DNA of 64,000 nt from Minisyncoccia bacterium (GTDB taxonomy: Bacteria; Patescibacteriota; Minisyncoccia; UBA6257; 2-01-FULL-56-20), in contig JBEKRC010000003.1 of assembly GCA_049997875.1 (NCBI GenBank), positions 183,885 to 247,884 on the forward strand, given 5' to 3'. Shown here piece after piece: positions 11,345 to 20,666 of this stretch. Numbering within the stretch: the first letter of the stretch is position 1; the number at the start of each line of letters is the position of its first letter. The position numbers and the translations under genes were made by a program. Under the pieces are notes generated by a model. The model was not told where the DNA came from. It ran no database searches and saw nothing but the letters and a program-made list of their open reading frames with translations.

Positions 11345-11545
11345 TTACTCCCTCAGGCGTAACACCTTCCGAGGAACACCTCCCAGTTCCCCGGCTTTTT
11401 CATATAAAAACAAAGCACTTGATCCAAAAAGCGCCAGGGCGATAGCGCCAGCCACTGCGATGGTCATGCTCACTACGGCCACCGCGAACACCCCTAACCC
11501 TATAATCCGCAACCACCACGGTCGCTGATTTATCGCTTTCTCCAT
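11345..11545 (-). CDS. small hydrophobic membrane protein (hypothetical)
   Basis: 66 aa, two predicted TM stretches; sits between HD and purE in the operon. Confidence 0.35.
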   Translation of the reverse strand: MEKAINQRPWWLRIIGLGVFAVAVVSMTIAVAGAIALALFGSSALFLYEKAGELGGVPRKVLRLRE

Positions 11546-11631
11546 GGGCCCTCCTTTTGGCTTGCTATTTCTTGCCTTACTAAAGAATAAAGAAAATAGT
11601 TGTGCGCGTCAAGAAATTTTTCCTGCTATTC

Positions 11632-12213
11632 CTAAATCATCCTTTTCCTCCGAGCCGAGGCGAGCAATCGTTCGTAGATCGTGAGAATGTTTTTGTCGTG
11701 CAGCATGTAAGCGCGTTTGTATTTTTGGAGCTCAGCCTCGGTGATCCCGTGTTTCTTCCAGGGAGGCGTGCCAGAGGCGAGGCCCTGGAGCATGGGCTGC
11801 AAGCGGTCTATGGAGATCGCCACCTTTGCCTCCTTGGTGCGCCCGGCTTCAAACTCCGCCCAGAGCCGGTGGAATTTCTTCATGAGGTCCGACGGCAAAC
11901 GTCCGAAGAGCTTCTTTGCAGCTGCGTCCTCGCGAGCCTTTTTGGACCTGCGCGCAGCATGATCAAAAAGAAAAGTATCGCCCGCGTAAATTTCCACAAG
12001 GTCATGCGCAAGAATCAATTCCAGCGTCCGCAGGAGATCAAGGCTGCGCGGCAGGTCCTGTGAAAGAACCACGGCCCACAGGGCGAGATCGTAAGAATGC
12101 TCCGCGCTGCTCTCTGGGCGCTTCCCGCCAGAAATCCTGTTGCGCCGCTCGACTAGCTTCAGCTTTTCGGCTTCTTCAAGAAACGAAAGCAAGGTGTCAA
12201 TCCTGTCCTTCAT
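11632..12213 (-). CDS. HD-domain phosphohydrolase (YfbR-like 5'-deoxynucleotidase family)
   Basis: AEHSYDLALWAVVL (H..) and ILAHDLVEIYAGDT (HD) motifs; 4-nt overlap with the upstream HAD gene. Confidence 0.75.
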   Translation of the reverse strand: MKDRIDTLLSFLEEAEKLKLVERRNRISGGKRPESSAEHSYDLALWAVVLSQDLPRSLDLLRTLELILAHDLVEIYAGDTFLFDHAARRSKKAREDAAAKKLFGRLPSDLMKKFHRLWAEFEAGRTKEAKVAISIDRLQPMLQGLASGTPPWKKHGITEAELQKYKRAYMLHDKNILTIYERLLASARRKRMI

Positions 12214-13217
12214 CGCAATTTGCCCTCCCGGTTCCCCTCGCGACCCTCGCGCGCCGTCTGAAGCTCGGTGAAAATCGGAGCGAACACTTTTTGAAGCGGC
12301 CTGCCTTCCCGCATACCATCTAAAACATCAGGACGCGCAAGCATTCGGCGGAGTTCATCCCAAGATTCAACCGTCGCGCCGTTCGGATCGTGAAAGCTTT
12401 CTCTGTGTGTGCCATTGCGATCAAAAAGGAAAAAAGGGACGCTGGCGCTCTTTGCCAATTCACCGTCCTTTACGGGATCGTCCCCTCCATACATAACCCT
12501 CTCCCGCATTTCCATCGCACCTTTAAGGTCAAAATTGTCTGTCCGCATTCCCTGTTCGCGAAGCCATTTCCAATGCGCGAGGGCAAAAGGGAAAACGCCC
12601 GGCTTCACTCTACGGAACAGCTCCTTGGGGTAGGTCCGTTCGCGAATGTCATCATCGGTGACAAGGACGCGCGGCGCAGGAAGGCCCCATGCAGAAAAAG
12701 CCTTTTTGATGAATTCGGTATGTCCGGAAGAAAGCACCCCAATATCAATAGCAACATCACCTCGTTCATTCAGTTCCCCAATTTCCTTTAAAAGCGCCGA
12801 TACCCCATCACAAGGAGGCGGCCACACTCTTCCGTCTGGAAATTTTGCGCCAATCTCTCCGCTCAATTGCTCAAGCTTCACCTGTACGAAAAGTTCTGTG
12901 ATGGTTCGTTGGGGATCGGCATTGTCCCACAACATACCGCCTTCTTTCCTTTCCCCATTTTGCTTTTCAAAAAATTGCCTCGCATTATCCAAAAGTTCCG
13001 GTTTTTCACGCAAGAGATCCGCAATCAACTCACTGGGCGCACGGTTTTTGTGGCCGCCCTGTCGATCATAAACTTTTACGCCTTCTTTACCGAACAATGT
13101 CTCAAGCGCGAATCTGTGCGCTTCGTTCACACCGATGTTATTCGGACTCGCGGTAAACGTGTCGGCCAGAGTCCCGTCAAAATCAAACAGAAATAAATAG
13201 CGTTTGGAGTCCTTCAT
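12210..13217 (-). CDS. HAD-superfamily hydrolase
   Basis: True start MKDSKRYLFLFDFDGTLADT (motif I DxDGT) at 13217, forming an ATGA overlap with the purQ stop. SSGHTEF and GDDPVKD motifs. The 122-aa Arg-rich extension in the ORF-track call (to 13583) is read-through over purQ and is rejected. Confidence 0.75.
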   Translation of the reverse strand: MKDSKRYLFLFDFDGTLADTFTASPNNIGVNEAHRFALETLFGKEGVKVYDRQGGHKNRAPSELIADLLREKPELLDNARQFFEKQNGERKEGGMLWDNADPQRTITELFVQVKLEQLSGEIGAKFPDGRVWPPPCDGVSALLKEIGELNERGDVAIDIGVLSSGHTEFIKKAFSAWGLPAPRVLVTDDDIRERTYPKELFRRVKPGVFPFALAHWKWLREQGMRTDNFDLKGAMEMRERVMYGGDDPVKDGELAKSASVPFFLFDRNGTHRESFHDPNGATVESWDELRRMLARPDVLDGMREGRPLQKVFAPIFTELQTAREGREGNREGKLR

Positions 13218-13982
13218 TTGAAATACCCGACGGCGTTCTTGAAAACCTGGAGCCCGGGACCGTGGACGGGAAGCTTCTTCCCTGCGCGCTCCAGTTTTTC
13301 TTTGAGATACGGCCAGTGCGGGAGCTGCGTGAAGAATATCGCGCGTTCGGGATGCGGCATTGTCCCCAAAATCCTTCCCTTGCGGGCAGCGATGGAAGCG
13401 ATATCCTTCATCGCGCCGTTCGGATTCGCAGCGAGATCCTGATATTTGCAAATCTCCCCTTTTGTGTATTTCGCGGCGATTGAATGGCTTTTTTCCATGG
13501 CGGCGAGCGTCTTCTCGTCGGCATAGTATCTGCCTTCGCCGTGCGCAATCGGCACCATAAGGGTCTTTATCCCGCGCAGCCACGGCGTCTCGCCCGTAAT
13601 CTTCAAATCAACCCAGCGGACGGTGTATCGCGCGGAGGTATTCGGCAAAAGTGCGCCGGGCAGAAGGCCGAGATTCGTGAGAATCTGAAATCCGTTACAG
13701 ATGCCGATAACGAGCCGATCCCTGCTCACAAACTCTTCCAGTTCGTCGCGGAGATGATTCTTAAGTTTGTTGGCATACGCCTTGCCGGAACCGGTGTCGT
13801 CACCGTACGAAAACCCACCGGGGATCGCAAGAATTTGATAATTTTTTAATTTCCCTTTTTCCGCAACGAGGTCGTTCACGTGGACGATGTCCGCCCGCGC
13901 GCCCGCAAGATCAAACGCGAATTTCGTTTCGTCCTCGCAGTTGAGGCCGTATCCCGAAAGAACAATGGCGCGCGGCGGTTTC
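13214..13982 (-). CDS. purQ: FGAM synthase glutamine amidotransferase subunit
   Basis: MKPPRAIVLSGYGLNCEDE... class-I GATase; start moved to the internal Met at 13982 (ORF-track start 14062). Confidence 0.88.
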
Positions 13983-13997
13983 ATAGTTAATGTTTTT

Positions 13998-16976
13998 TTA
14001 ATATCCCTTAAATGTGGATTTATACGCCCGCAACATTTCGCCGAGCGGCATCTTTGCCGCATTCCTGCGGCGGATCACGACGCGCTCTTTGCTCGTCACG
14101 CGGCCGATGCAAGCGAAGCGATTGCCTCGCATCTTTTTCTCAAATGCGCGTTTGTGGTGCAGGGCGACCGTCACGACGATTCTTCCCTGGCTCTCCGAGA
14201 AAAATGCTGAGGTGTCGCTTGATACCATTCCAGGCAACTTCGCGAGCGAAACATCCAATCCCAATTTTCCGGCCATCGCCGTCTTCGCAAGGGCGACTGC
14301 AAGGCCACCCCTCGCCACGCTCGTACCGGATGCCACAAGACCCTCGCGCACGCACGAATAGAACGCGTTGTATAATTTTTTGTTCCTCTTCGCATCCACG
14401 TGAGGAACGCTTCCTGTGGAAAAATATTCGCTGCCACCGAGCTCGTCAAAAGTTTCACCTAAAATATATACAAGGTCGCCCGCGGACTTTGCGTCAAGCG
14501 ACACCGACTTTGCGGCATCGGGAACGACGCCCATTGCGGAAATCAAAAGCGTCGGCGGGATGGAAATCTTCAACGGTTTTCCGTTTTCGTCATAGCCCTT
14601 AAAGTCATTAAACATACTGTCTTTCCCTGAAATGAAAGGGGTTCCGTATGCGACTGCGTAGTCGTAGCACGCCTGGACGGCGCGCTTCAATTGGAACAGC
14701 CGCTCCGGCTCATTGGAGCTGCACCAGCAGAAATTATCAAGCAGGGCGAGATAATCGGGATCCGCGCCTGCGGCCACGGCGGACCGGATCGCGGTGTCAA
14801 TCGCGCATGCCGCCATCGCGTAAGGATCGCGCTCCGAATACGCGGGAACAATGCCTGATGAAAGCACCACCCCTTTCGGGGAATTGAGAACCGGCCGGAA
14901 GACCGATGCGTCCGCATTCACCCTCCCCCTCCCTACGAGCGGCTTCAGCACGGAGCTTGCCTGCACCTCGTGGTCATACTGCATAGAAATGAACCCGTAA
15001 CTTGCGATGTTCGGCCGCGCGAGCATTCGGACGACCGCTCCGCTCAAGTCGCGTTCCGTTGGCAGCGGCGAATCAATTTCAATTGTGAGTGAAAGCGGTT
15101 CGCGAGTCATGAGCCGCTTCGTGGGCAATCCCTCGTGGAGAAATTCCAGATCAATGTCCATCGCAGTTTCTCCCTTGAATTTCACAACGCACTTCCCGAA
15201 ATTCGTAAATCGCCCGATCACCGTTGCCTCCACGCCGCGCGCGCGCAAAAGTTTGGACAATTCAGGCCATTTTGACTTCGGCACGGCGAGCGTCATGCGC
15301 TCCTGCGATTCCGAAATCCAAATCTTCCACGGCTCAAGGCCGGGATATTTAAGCGGCACCCTGTCCAAATCAACAAGGCACCCATTGCATTCTTTTGCCA
15401 TCTCGGCCACCGAGCAGGAAAGCCCTCCGGCACCGTTATCTGTAATGCTGTGATAGAGGCCGCGGTCGCGCGCTTCCTTTATCAAGGCGTCGCTCATCTT
15501 TTTTTGCGTGATCGGATCGCCGATCTGCACCGCGGTCGCGGGACTCCCGGAATCCATTGCTTCCGAAGAGAACGTCGCGCCATGGATGCCGTCCTGCCCC
15601 ACGCGTCCGCCGGTCATCACGATGTAATCTCCCGGCTGCGCCCGCTTTTTGTACAAAGGCCTACCTCCATACATCCGCGGGATAAGTCCCACCGTCCCCA
15701 CAAAAACAAGCGGCTTCCCTCGGTAGCGCTTGTCAAAAAGGACGAATCCCTGCGGCGTGGGGATGCCGGAACAATTTCCGCCGACGTTCACGCCCCGTAC
15801 CACGCCGTCCATAATCCGCCGCGCGGAAAGCATTTTCTGCTTTTTCTCCGCATCGCGGTAGAGCACGCTCGCGTCGCGCGGGTCGGCGAAGCAAAAACCA
15901 TACAGGTTCGCGACCGGCTTCGCGCCGAGCCCGAACCCCATCGTGTCGCGATTCACGCCCACGATGCCCGTGACGGAACCGCCGAACGGGTCAAGCGCGG
16001 AAGGGCTGTTGTGCGTTTCCACTTTGTGCGTAATCAAATATTTGTCATCAAAGGCAATCGCGCCGGAATTGTCGGTGAAAACCGAAACGCAGAAATCTTT
16101 TTTGCCTTTCTTTTTGCGGATATCGTTCGTCGCCTGCTTGATGTATGAACGGAAAAGACCGCCCCGCACCTCGTCAATCGGATCCGCAAAGATCGTGTGC
16201 TTGCAGTGCTCCGACCACGTCTGCGCGAGCGATTCAAGCTCCACGTCGGTCGGCCTGCGCTTTTTCTTCGCCCTGAAATAATCGCGGATCGCCTTCATGC
16301 TTGGAAGATCAAGCGCGAGTGGCCCGTTCCTCGTCCCGTCCTTGTTCTGGATCCCCTCTTTCCCGATGCGGGAAAGCTCCTCGTCGCTTACCTCCAAATT
16401 CACCGACTCCACGGAAGGTTTCGTCCGAAGCCTCACGCTTGGAACCAGCGCCCCCATTCCTTTGTCGCGCCTGAATTCGCCCGCGCTTTTGATCCGCGCC
16501 CGCTGGATGAGCGGGTTATAAAGGCCCTCCGCGATGGCCGCCGCATCCACCTTGGATAATTTCCCCGAAAGGAAAAAAACCTGCGAGGAATATACGCCCT
16601 GGCCGTTCTTGCATTTCCTTCCCAAAAAATCTTCTATCGTTTCGCGGGCGGTTGTTCCTACGTTGTCGGTCACGCCGGGGAGAAACCCGATCTCAACCGC
16701 CCATGCGAATTTCTTCGGGGCCTCGGCGGAATTAATTACCGCTCGTTCAACGAGCGGGTTTTCAAAAAGTGCGGCGACTCCTTTGCGCTCTTTTGCCGTG
16801 AGCGGCATGTCCACCACGTACGAATCCGCGAGCGCGACGCCCGCGATCTTCCCCTTAAAACCGCGGTCTTCAAACTGCCGCCGATACACCTCGGCCCGCG
16901 TATCAGGTACCTTGTATCTGACGTCTATGCGCACAGCCATTGCTTCTATAATAACGTCCCCGCCCACCGCGCGCAA
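13998..16976 (-). CDS. purL: FGAM synthase II with fused N-terminal PurS-like/lgPurL-type domain
   Basis: 992 aa. N-terminus VRIDVRYKVPDTRAEV resembles PurS, followed by the AIR-synthase-related FGAM synthetase core. There is no glutaminase domain; purQ is separate. Confidence 0.9.
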   Translation of the reverse strand: MRAVGGDVIIEAMAVRIDVRYKVPDTRAEVYRRQFEDRGFKGKIAGVALADSYVVDMPLTAKERKGVAALFENPLVERAVINSAEAPKKFAWAVEIGFLPGVTDNVGTTARETIEDFLGRKCKNGQGVYSSQVFFLSGKLSKVDAAAIAEGLYNPLIQRARIKSAGEFRRDKGMGALVPSVRLRTKPSVESVNLEVSDEELSRIGKEGIQNKDGTRNGPLALDLPSMKAIRDYFRAKKKRRPTDVELESLAQTWSEHCKHTIFADPIDEVRGGLFRSYIKQATNDIRKKKGKKDFCVSVFTDNSGAIAFDDKYLITHKVETHNSPSALDPFGGSVTGIVGVNRDTMGFGLGAKPVANLYGFCFADPRDASVLYRDAEKKQKMLSARRIMDGVVRGVNVGGNCSGIPTPQGFVLFDKRYRGKPLVFVGTVGLIPRMYGGRPLYKKRAQPGDYIVMTGGRVGQDGIHGATFSSEAMDSGSPATAVQIGDPITQKKMSDALIKEARDRGLYHSITDNGAGGLSCSVAEMAKECNGCLVDLDRVPLKYPGLEPWKIWISESQERMTLAVPKSKWPELSKLLRARGVEATVIGRFTNFGKCVVKFKGETAMDIDLEFLHEGLPTKRLMTREPLSLTIEIDSPLPTERDLSGAVVRMLARPNIASYGFISMQYDHEVQASSVLKPLVGRGRVNADASVFRPVLNSPKGVVLSSGIVPAYSERDPYAMAACAIDTAIRSAVAAGADPDYLALLDNFCWCSSNEPERLFQLKRAVQACYDYAVAYGTPFISGKDSMFNDFKGYDENGKPLKISIPPTLLISAMGVVPDAAKSVSLDAKSAGDLVYILGETFDELGGSEYFSTGSVPHVDAKRNKKLYNAFYSCVREGLVASGTSVARGGLAVALAKTAMAGKLGLDVSLAKLPGMVSSDTSAFFSESQGRIVVTVALHHKRAFEKKMRGNRFACIGRVTSKERVVIRRRNAAKMPLGEMLRAYKSTFKGY

Positions 16977-17103
16977 CGCGCTATTCTATATCTGCCTTAG
17001 AGCACCACCCGCACTGTGGGTGACAAGCTAAGGCAGGGAGGGGTCCTCGGAAGTAGCACAGTTGTGTACACGAAGATCCCCTCATAAATCGTGGGCGCCC
17101 TCC

Positions 17104-17400
17104 TCAAGCGCAAATTCTGGGAGAGGGCGAAATCGTGCGGGCGAGAAATTTACCGAAAGGAATTGCGTCTCCTTTCACTTCAACCCGGTGGCCATTAAAG
17201 ACGTACGTCGCAGGAATGACGGTCCTTGCTTCAGAAGCCCAGGGTCCACCAGCCGCGATGGCACTCTCCTCGTGAACATACGTCTGACTCAACTCCAAGT
17301 AAGGTGCCCATTCGAAGTGTCGGTCGAGATATTCCCCTCTTCCATTGAGAACAATGAAGCCATCTACACTTCCCATGCTTCCTTCCATGTTTCCCTCCAA
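17104..17400 (-). CDS. hypothetical protein
   Basis: 98-aa ORF co-directional with and immediately upstream of purL; no recognisable motifs. Confidence 0.3.
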   Translation of the reverse strand: MEGNMEGSMGSVDGFIVLNGRGEYLDRHFEWAPYLELSQTYVHEESAIAAGGPWASEARTVIPATYVFNGHRVEVKGDAIPFGKFLARTISPSPRICA

Positions 17401-17490
17401 AGACGATATCGGGCGCTCTTACCGCCCGCTGCCAAAAGTTTAATTAGATAGACTTTTCCTGTCAACAAAATCAGGTACAATGATACTGCT

Positions 17491-18084
17491 ATGGAGAACG
17501 ACAATAACCACAAACCGCGACCCGGACTGCCGCCGAACGCACGCCTTGTCTTCAAGGGCGTGATCTTTGAAGTGTGGCAATGGGAGCAGAAAATGTTTGA
17601 CGGGACGACGGAAATCTTTGAAAAGATATGGCGGCCGCCGACGGTGGAGGTCATCGCGACGGTCGGCGACAAGATCCTTATTGAGGAACAGGACCAACCC
17701 GACCGGCCTCACAACATCAATTTTCCGGGCGGCAGAGCAGATAAAGGGGATGCTCCGCTCGCAGAGGCAAAGCGGGAGTTGCTTGAAGAAACCGGCTATG
17801 AATCGGCTGACTGGCAGTTGTTCATGCAACACGCGAGCGATGGGAAAGTGATACAAGACGGCCATTTCTTTATCGCAAGAAATTGCAAAAAGACGAAAGA
17901 ACCGCACCTTGATCCCGGGGAAAAGATAGCAACGAAGCTCGTCACGTTTGACGAGCTCATCGCCCTCGCCGACGAGCCCCGTTTCTGGATCTTCCCCGAA
18001 TTCATCTATTACCTCCTCCGGCTGCGACTTGACCCCGCGAAGAAGCAGGAATTCAAAGCACTGCTCTTCCCTTATGCACATTGA
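17491..18084 (+). CDS. NUDIX hydrolase
   Basis: Nudix box GRADKGDAPLAEAKRELLEETGY (Gx5[ED]x7REUxEExGU). Confidence 0.8.
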   Translation: MENDNNHKPRPGLPPNARLVFKGVIFEVWQWEQKMFDGTTEIFEKIWRPPTVEVIATVGDKILIEEQDQPDRPHNINFPGGRADKGDAPLAEAKRELLEETGYESADWQLFMQHASDGKVIQDGHFFIARNCKKTKEPHLDPGEKIATKLVTFDELIALADEPRFWIFPEFIYYLLRLRLDPAKKQEFKALLFPYAH

Positions 18085-18130
18085 CCGCGCTCCAGCCCAC
18101 TGTTATAAATCTTATAGAAGGGGGTGATCT

Positions 18131-18484
18131 ATGTTAGTCGTGGACGAAAGTGAGCGGAAGCTTGAAAAAACGGTACCGCTGGTGCTCCACCCAATAGTGG
18201 ACGAAGAGAACGGTAGCCCGGCACTGATTGTTGTCGTCCGAGAGTATATTTTGATGAAGCACCGGACGGAGGTAGTTCTCGATCTCACCGAGCACTCCAG
18301 CCTTGGAACTCCTGAGCTCGGTGAACTCGCCGACATCCTTGCGGAGACAGGCTTCGTTGGGGCAAAGCTGAAGCTGGTCTTGGGAAAGAAAGTCCGCGAA
18401 TCATTCCAGCTCCACCGTCTCGTCGCGGTATTTGACGTTTACGATAATGTGGCGATGGCGGTAGGAAGCTTTGCTGACAACTGA
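18131..18484 (+). CDS. STAS-domain protein (anti-sigma-factor antagonist-like)
   Basis: VVLDLTEHSSLGTPELGEL...GAKLKLVLGKKVRESFQLHRLVAVFDVY parallels the SpoIIAA pattern (VxLDLSxVxFxDSSGLG...LxLxxxxxxVxxxLxxxGL). Confidence 0.5.
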   Translation: MLVVDESERKLEKTVPLVLHPIVDEENGSPALIVVVREYILMKHRTEVVLDLTEHSSLGTPELGELADILAETGFVGAKLKLVLGKKVRESFQLHRLVAVFDVYDNVAMAVGSFADN

Positions 18485-18576
18485 ACGCAGGCAAACATCT
18501 AGCACCTAACCACTCGATGCTTGCCTGCACTTCCTAAGCACGGAACGACGGTTGCGTTTTTAGGAAGAGTTGGACA

Positions 18577-19041
18577 TTGACGATTTTGCCGCCATCTGCA
18601 ATAGTGGTGGTAGGAGGCGTCATGCCAAGAAAATTCATCAGTTGTTGGCTGAACCCATTTCCCGATTTCCTTCTTGCAGTACTTTCCACCGCCGGAGAGA
18701 ACGGCAACGGAGAAGAACGGAGAGTGGTGAAATTTCAAATGATGATGCAGGACGTGGAAGCGTTCATTAGGGAACACCACAACTTCCTGTGTCAATTATT
18801 AACGACAGACGAATTCGAAACCCCAACAAACGCTTTGTTTTTCCTCTGTCGATCCGGCTATGTGCTAGAAGAAAAAAAAGGAGAGGCAAGTGAATTCGTC
18901 GTGACCGAAAAAGGGTTCCAGCGCGGCCAGGAGGTATTGAGCGAACACTTCACTTGGTCAGAACGGAGAAGAGATTTTAGTTGGTTCACTACTTCGTTTA
19001 ATGAGCGGTTCGCGGTCGTAGAGAAGGGAGGGAAATCATAA
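18577..19041 (+). CDS. hypothetical protein (possible winged-helix C-terminal half)
   Basis: 154-aa ORF; start uncertain (internal MMMQDVEAF). The C-terminal segment ...ALFFLCRSGYVLEEKKGEASEFVVTEKG... has a wHTH-like pattern. Confidence 0.4.
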   Translation: MTILPPSAIVVVGGVMPRKFISCWLNPFPDFLLAVLSTAGENGNGEERRVVKFQMMMQDVEAFIREHHNFLCQLLTTDEFETPTNALFFLCRSGYVLEEKKGEASEFVVTEKGFQRGQEVLSEHFTWSERRRDFSWFTTSFNERFAVVEKGGKS

Positions 19042-19106
19042 CCAGGCCCGTTGATGAGAGTTCAATCCCCTCACCACACGGGCCATAAGTTTGTCTACGT
19101 ACTATA

Positions 19107-20066
19107 ATGAACACAAGTCGTATGAAAAACATCGTCACCATTGGGGGTGGCACGGGGAGCTTCAACGTCCTCGGCGCCCTCAAGGGATATCCGGTACATC
19201 TTACAGCGGTCGTCACCATGTCTGATGACGGTAAATCCACTGGCCTCCTTCGCGACCAATACGGCGTGCTCCCGCCAGGGGACGTCCGGAGGGCACTCGT
19301 CGCCCTCTCGGAGTCAAGCGCCGTAATGCGCGATCTTTTTAATTACCGGTTCGAGAACGGTGGGCTTGGAGGATATAGTTTCGGCAGCCTTTTCATCGCG
19401 ACGCTTGAGAAGGTAACCGGGAATTTTTCGGAGGCCCTCAAGGAGGCATCCAGTATTTTGAAAATACGGGGAGAAGTAGCGCCGGTGACGCTTGACAACA
19501 TCCGCCTGTGCGCCCGCCTTCGAGACGGAGAAGTAATCCGCGGCGAAAAGAATATCGATATCCCTCATGTGCCCCACCGTCCCCCCATAGAAAAAGTATG
19601 GCTAGAACCCGCCGCGCATATGAACCCGAACCTGCGCCGTATTTTCAAAAACGCCGACATGATCGTAATAGGCCCGGGCGATCTCTACACGAGCATCATA
19701 CCGAATTTGCTGGTCCGCGGCGTGCGGGAGGAGATCAAAAAATCAAAGGCGAAAAAAGTGTTTCTTTGCAACCTGATGACGAAGCGGGGCGAGACGGACA
19801 ATTTCACGGCGGAGGACTTTTTGAACACGATTGAAAAATATCTCGGCAAGAACGTGCTTGACTTCGCGATCTTCAATAAAAAACGGCCGCTGGGACGGCT
19901 GCTCAAAAAATACGAAGGGGAAGGCGCACGGCTTGTGGACCCTCCAAGAGCACCAATGAGAAACCGCAAGCCCAAGTACCTCGTTGCGGACGTTCTTGAT
20001 ACCTCCCCGTTCATCCGCCACGGTTCCCCCCAAAAGCTCGGGAAATTGCTCTTTTCCCTTCTCTAA
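19107..20066 (+). CDS. YvcK/CofD-family (UPF0052, gluconeogenesis factor-like) protein
   Basis: IVTIGGGTGSFNVLGAL...TAVVTMSDDGKSTGLLRDQYGVLPPGDVRRAL, classic YvcK/CofD motifs. Confidence 0.85.
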   Translation: MNTSRMKNIVTIGGGTGSFNVLGALKGYPVHLTAVVTMSDDGKSTGLLRDQYGVLPPGDVRRALVALSESSAVMRDLFNYRFENGGLGGYSFGSLFIATLEKVTGNFSEALKEASSILKIRGEVAPVTLDNIRLCARLRDGEVIRGEKNIDIPHVPHRPPIEKVWLEPAAHMNPNLRRIFKNADMIVIGPGDLYTSIIPNLLVRGVREEIKKSKAKKVFLCNLMTKRGETDNFTAEDFLNTIEKYLGKNVLDFAIFNKKRPLGRLLKKYEGEGARLVDPPRAPMRNRKPKYLVADVLDTSPFIRHGSPQKLGKLLFSLL

Positions 20067-20170
20067 ACGAAAATACTTCGGGAAATGCGGAGCACATTCG
20101 CCCCCGCTTCCGCCAACCGGCGGCTGATTCCCCAGCCGATGCCCGCGGCCGGAAGTGATATAATGGTAGT

Positions 20171-20389
20171 GTGCGGAAAAAGGATGCCATCTATGATGCG
20201 GAGAAGCTCGCCAGGTTTTTTGGCGTTACGAAAAAGACAGTGTGGGACTGGTGCAAGCGCGGCAAGCTTCCCGGTTTCAAGATCGGGAAACAATGGAAAG
20301 TGCGCGTGGCTGATTTACAAAAAATGATTGACCGGAAAATACGGCATCAGAAAGAAAATGCGGCACCAGCAACCCCGAAATTGTTTTAA
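20171..20389 (+). CDS. excisionase/MerR-type helix-turn-helix DNA-binding protein (stand-alone, 72 aa, GTG start)
   Basis: LARFFGVTKKTVWDWCKRGKLPGFKIGKQWKV matches the HTH_17 (Xis-family) pattern. Confidence 0.7.
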   Translation: MRKKDAIYDAEKLARFFGVTKKTVWDWCKRGKLPGFKIGKQWKVRVADLQKMIDRKIRHQKENAAPATPKLF

Positions 20390-20418
20390 AGGTCGGAAAA
20401 AAATCATTCATCATTCTC

Positions 20419-20565
20419 ATGTGGAAGCAATGGGTTAATTTCCTTCTTGGGCTTCTCGTCGTCATATTTACATACGTGACTCCGGGCCACACGATACGGT
20501 TCGTCATCGCAGGACTCGCGATCGCACTATTGTCGCTCTGGTCCGCGCTCAAGAAGAACGCATAA
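20419..20565 (+). CDS. small membrane protein (hypothetical, ~48 aa; below the ORF-track cutoff)
   Basis: Manual translation gives MWKQWVNFLLGLLVVIFTYVTPGHTIRFVIAGLAIALLSLWSALKKNA*, two hydrophobic helices. Confidence 0.3.
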   Translation: MWKQWVNFLLGLLVVIFTYVTPGHTIRFVIAGLAIALLSLWSALKKNA

Positions 20566-20578
20566 GAGCAAGAAGCCC

Positions 20579-20607
20579 TTGCACTTTTTTCACGGCCGCG
20601 CTATAAT
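20579..20607 (+). promoter_or_regulatory. sigma70-like promoter (TTGCAC-17nt-TATAAT)
   Basis: TTGCAC at 20579-20584, 17-nt spacer, TATAAT at 20602-20607, upstream of the 3D-domain gene. Confidence 0.55.
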
Positions 20608-20636
20608 ACCCTTACCAAAATAGGAAGATGTGCTAT

Positions 20637-20656
20637 GCCCCGAAAGGGGCGTTTTT
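20637..20656 (+). terminator. intrinsic-terminator-like hairpin inside the 5' leader (possible attenuator)
   Basis: GCCCCgaaaGGGGC followed by GTTTTT; lies between the predicted TSS (~20614) and the ATG at 20667. Confidence 0.45.
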
Positions 20657-20666
20657 GTTGAAAAAC

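Noticed and set aside
13218-13583. 122-aa Arg-rich N-terminal extension of the 12210..13583 ORF-track call
   Set aside because: It reads through the 3' end of purQ in another frame. A canonical HAD start (MKDSKRYLFLFDFDGTL) with ATGA coupling to the purQ stop lies at 13217.
19046-19085. Possible tRNA gene (T-loop-like GTTCAATCC, ends ...GGGCCA)
   Set aside because: Only a 7-bp stem with a 26-nt loop is present. No D-arm or anticodon arm can be built, and the T-stem pairs only 4 of 5. It is kept as a possible tRNA-derived fragment, not a tRNA gene.
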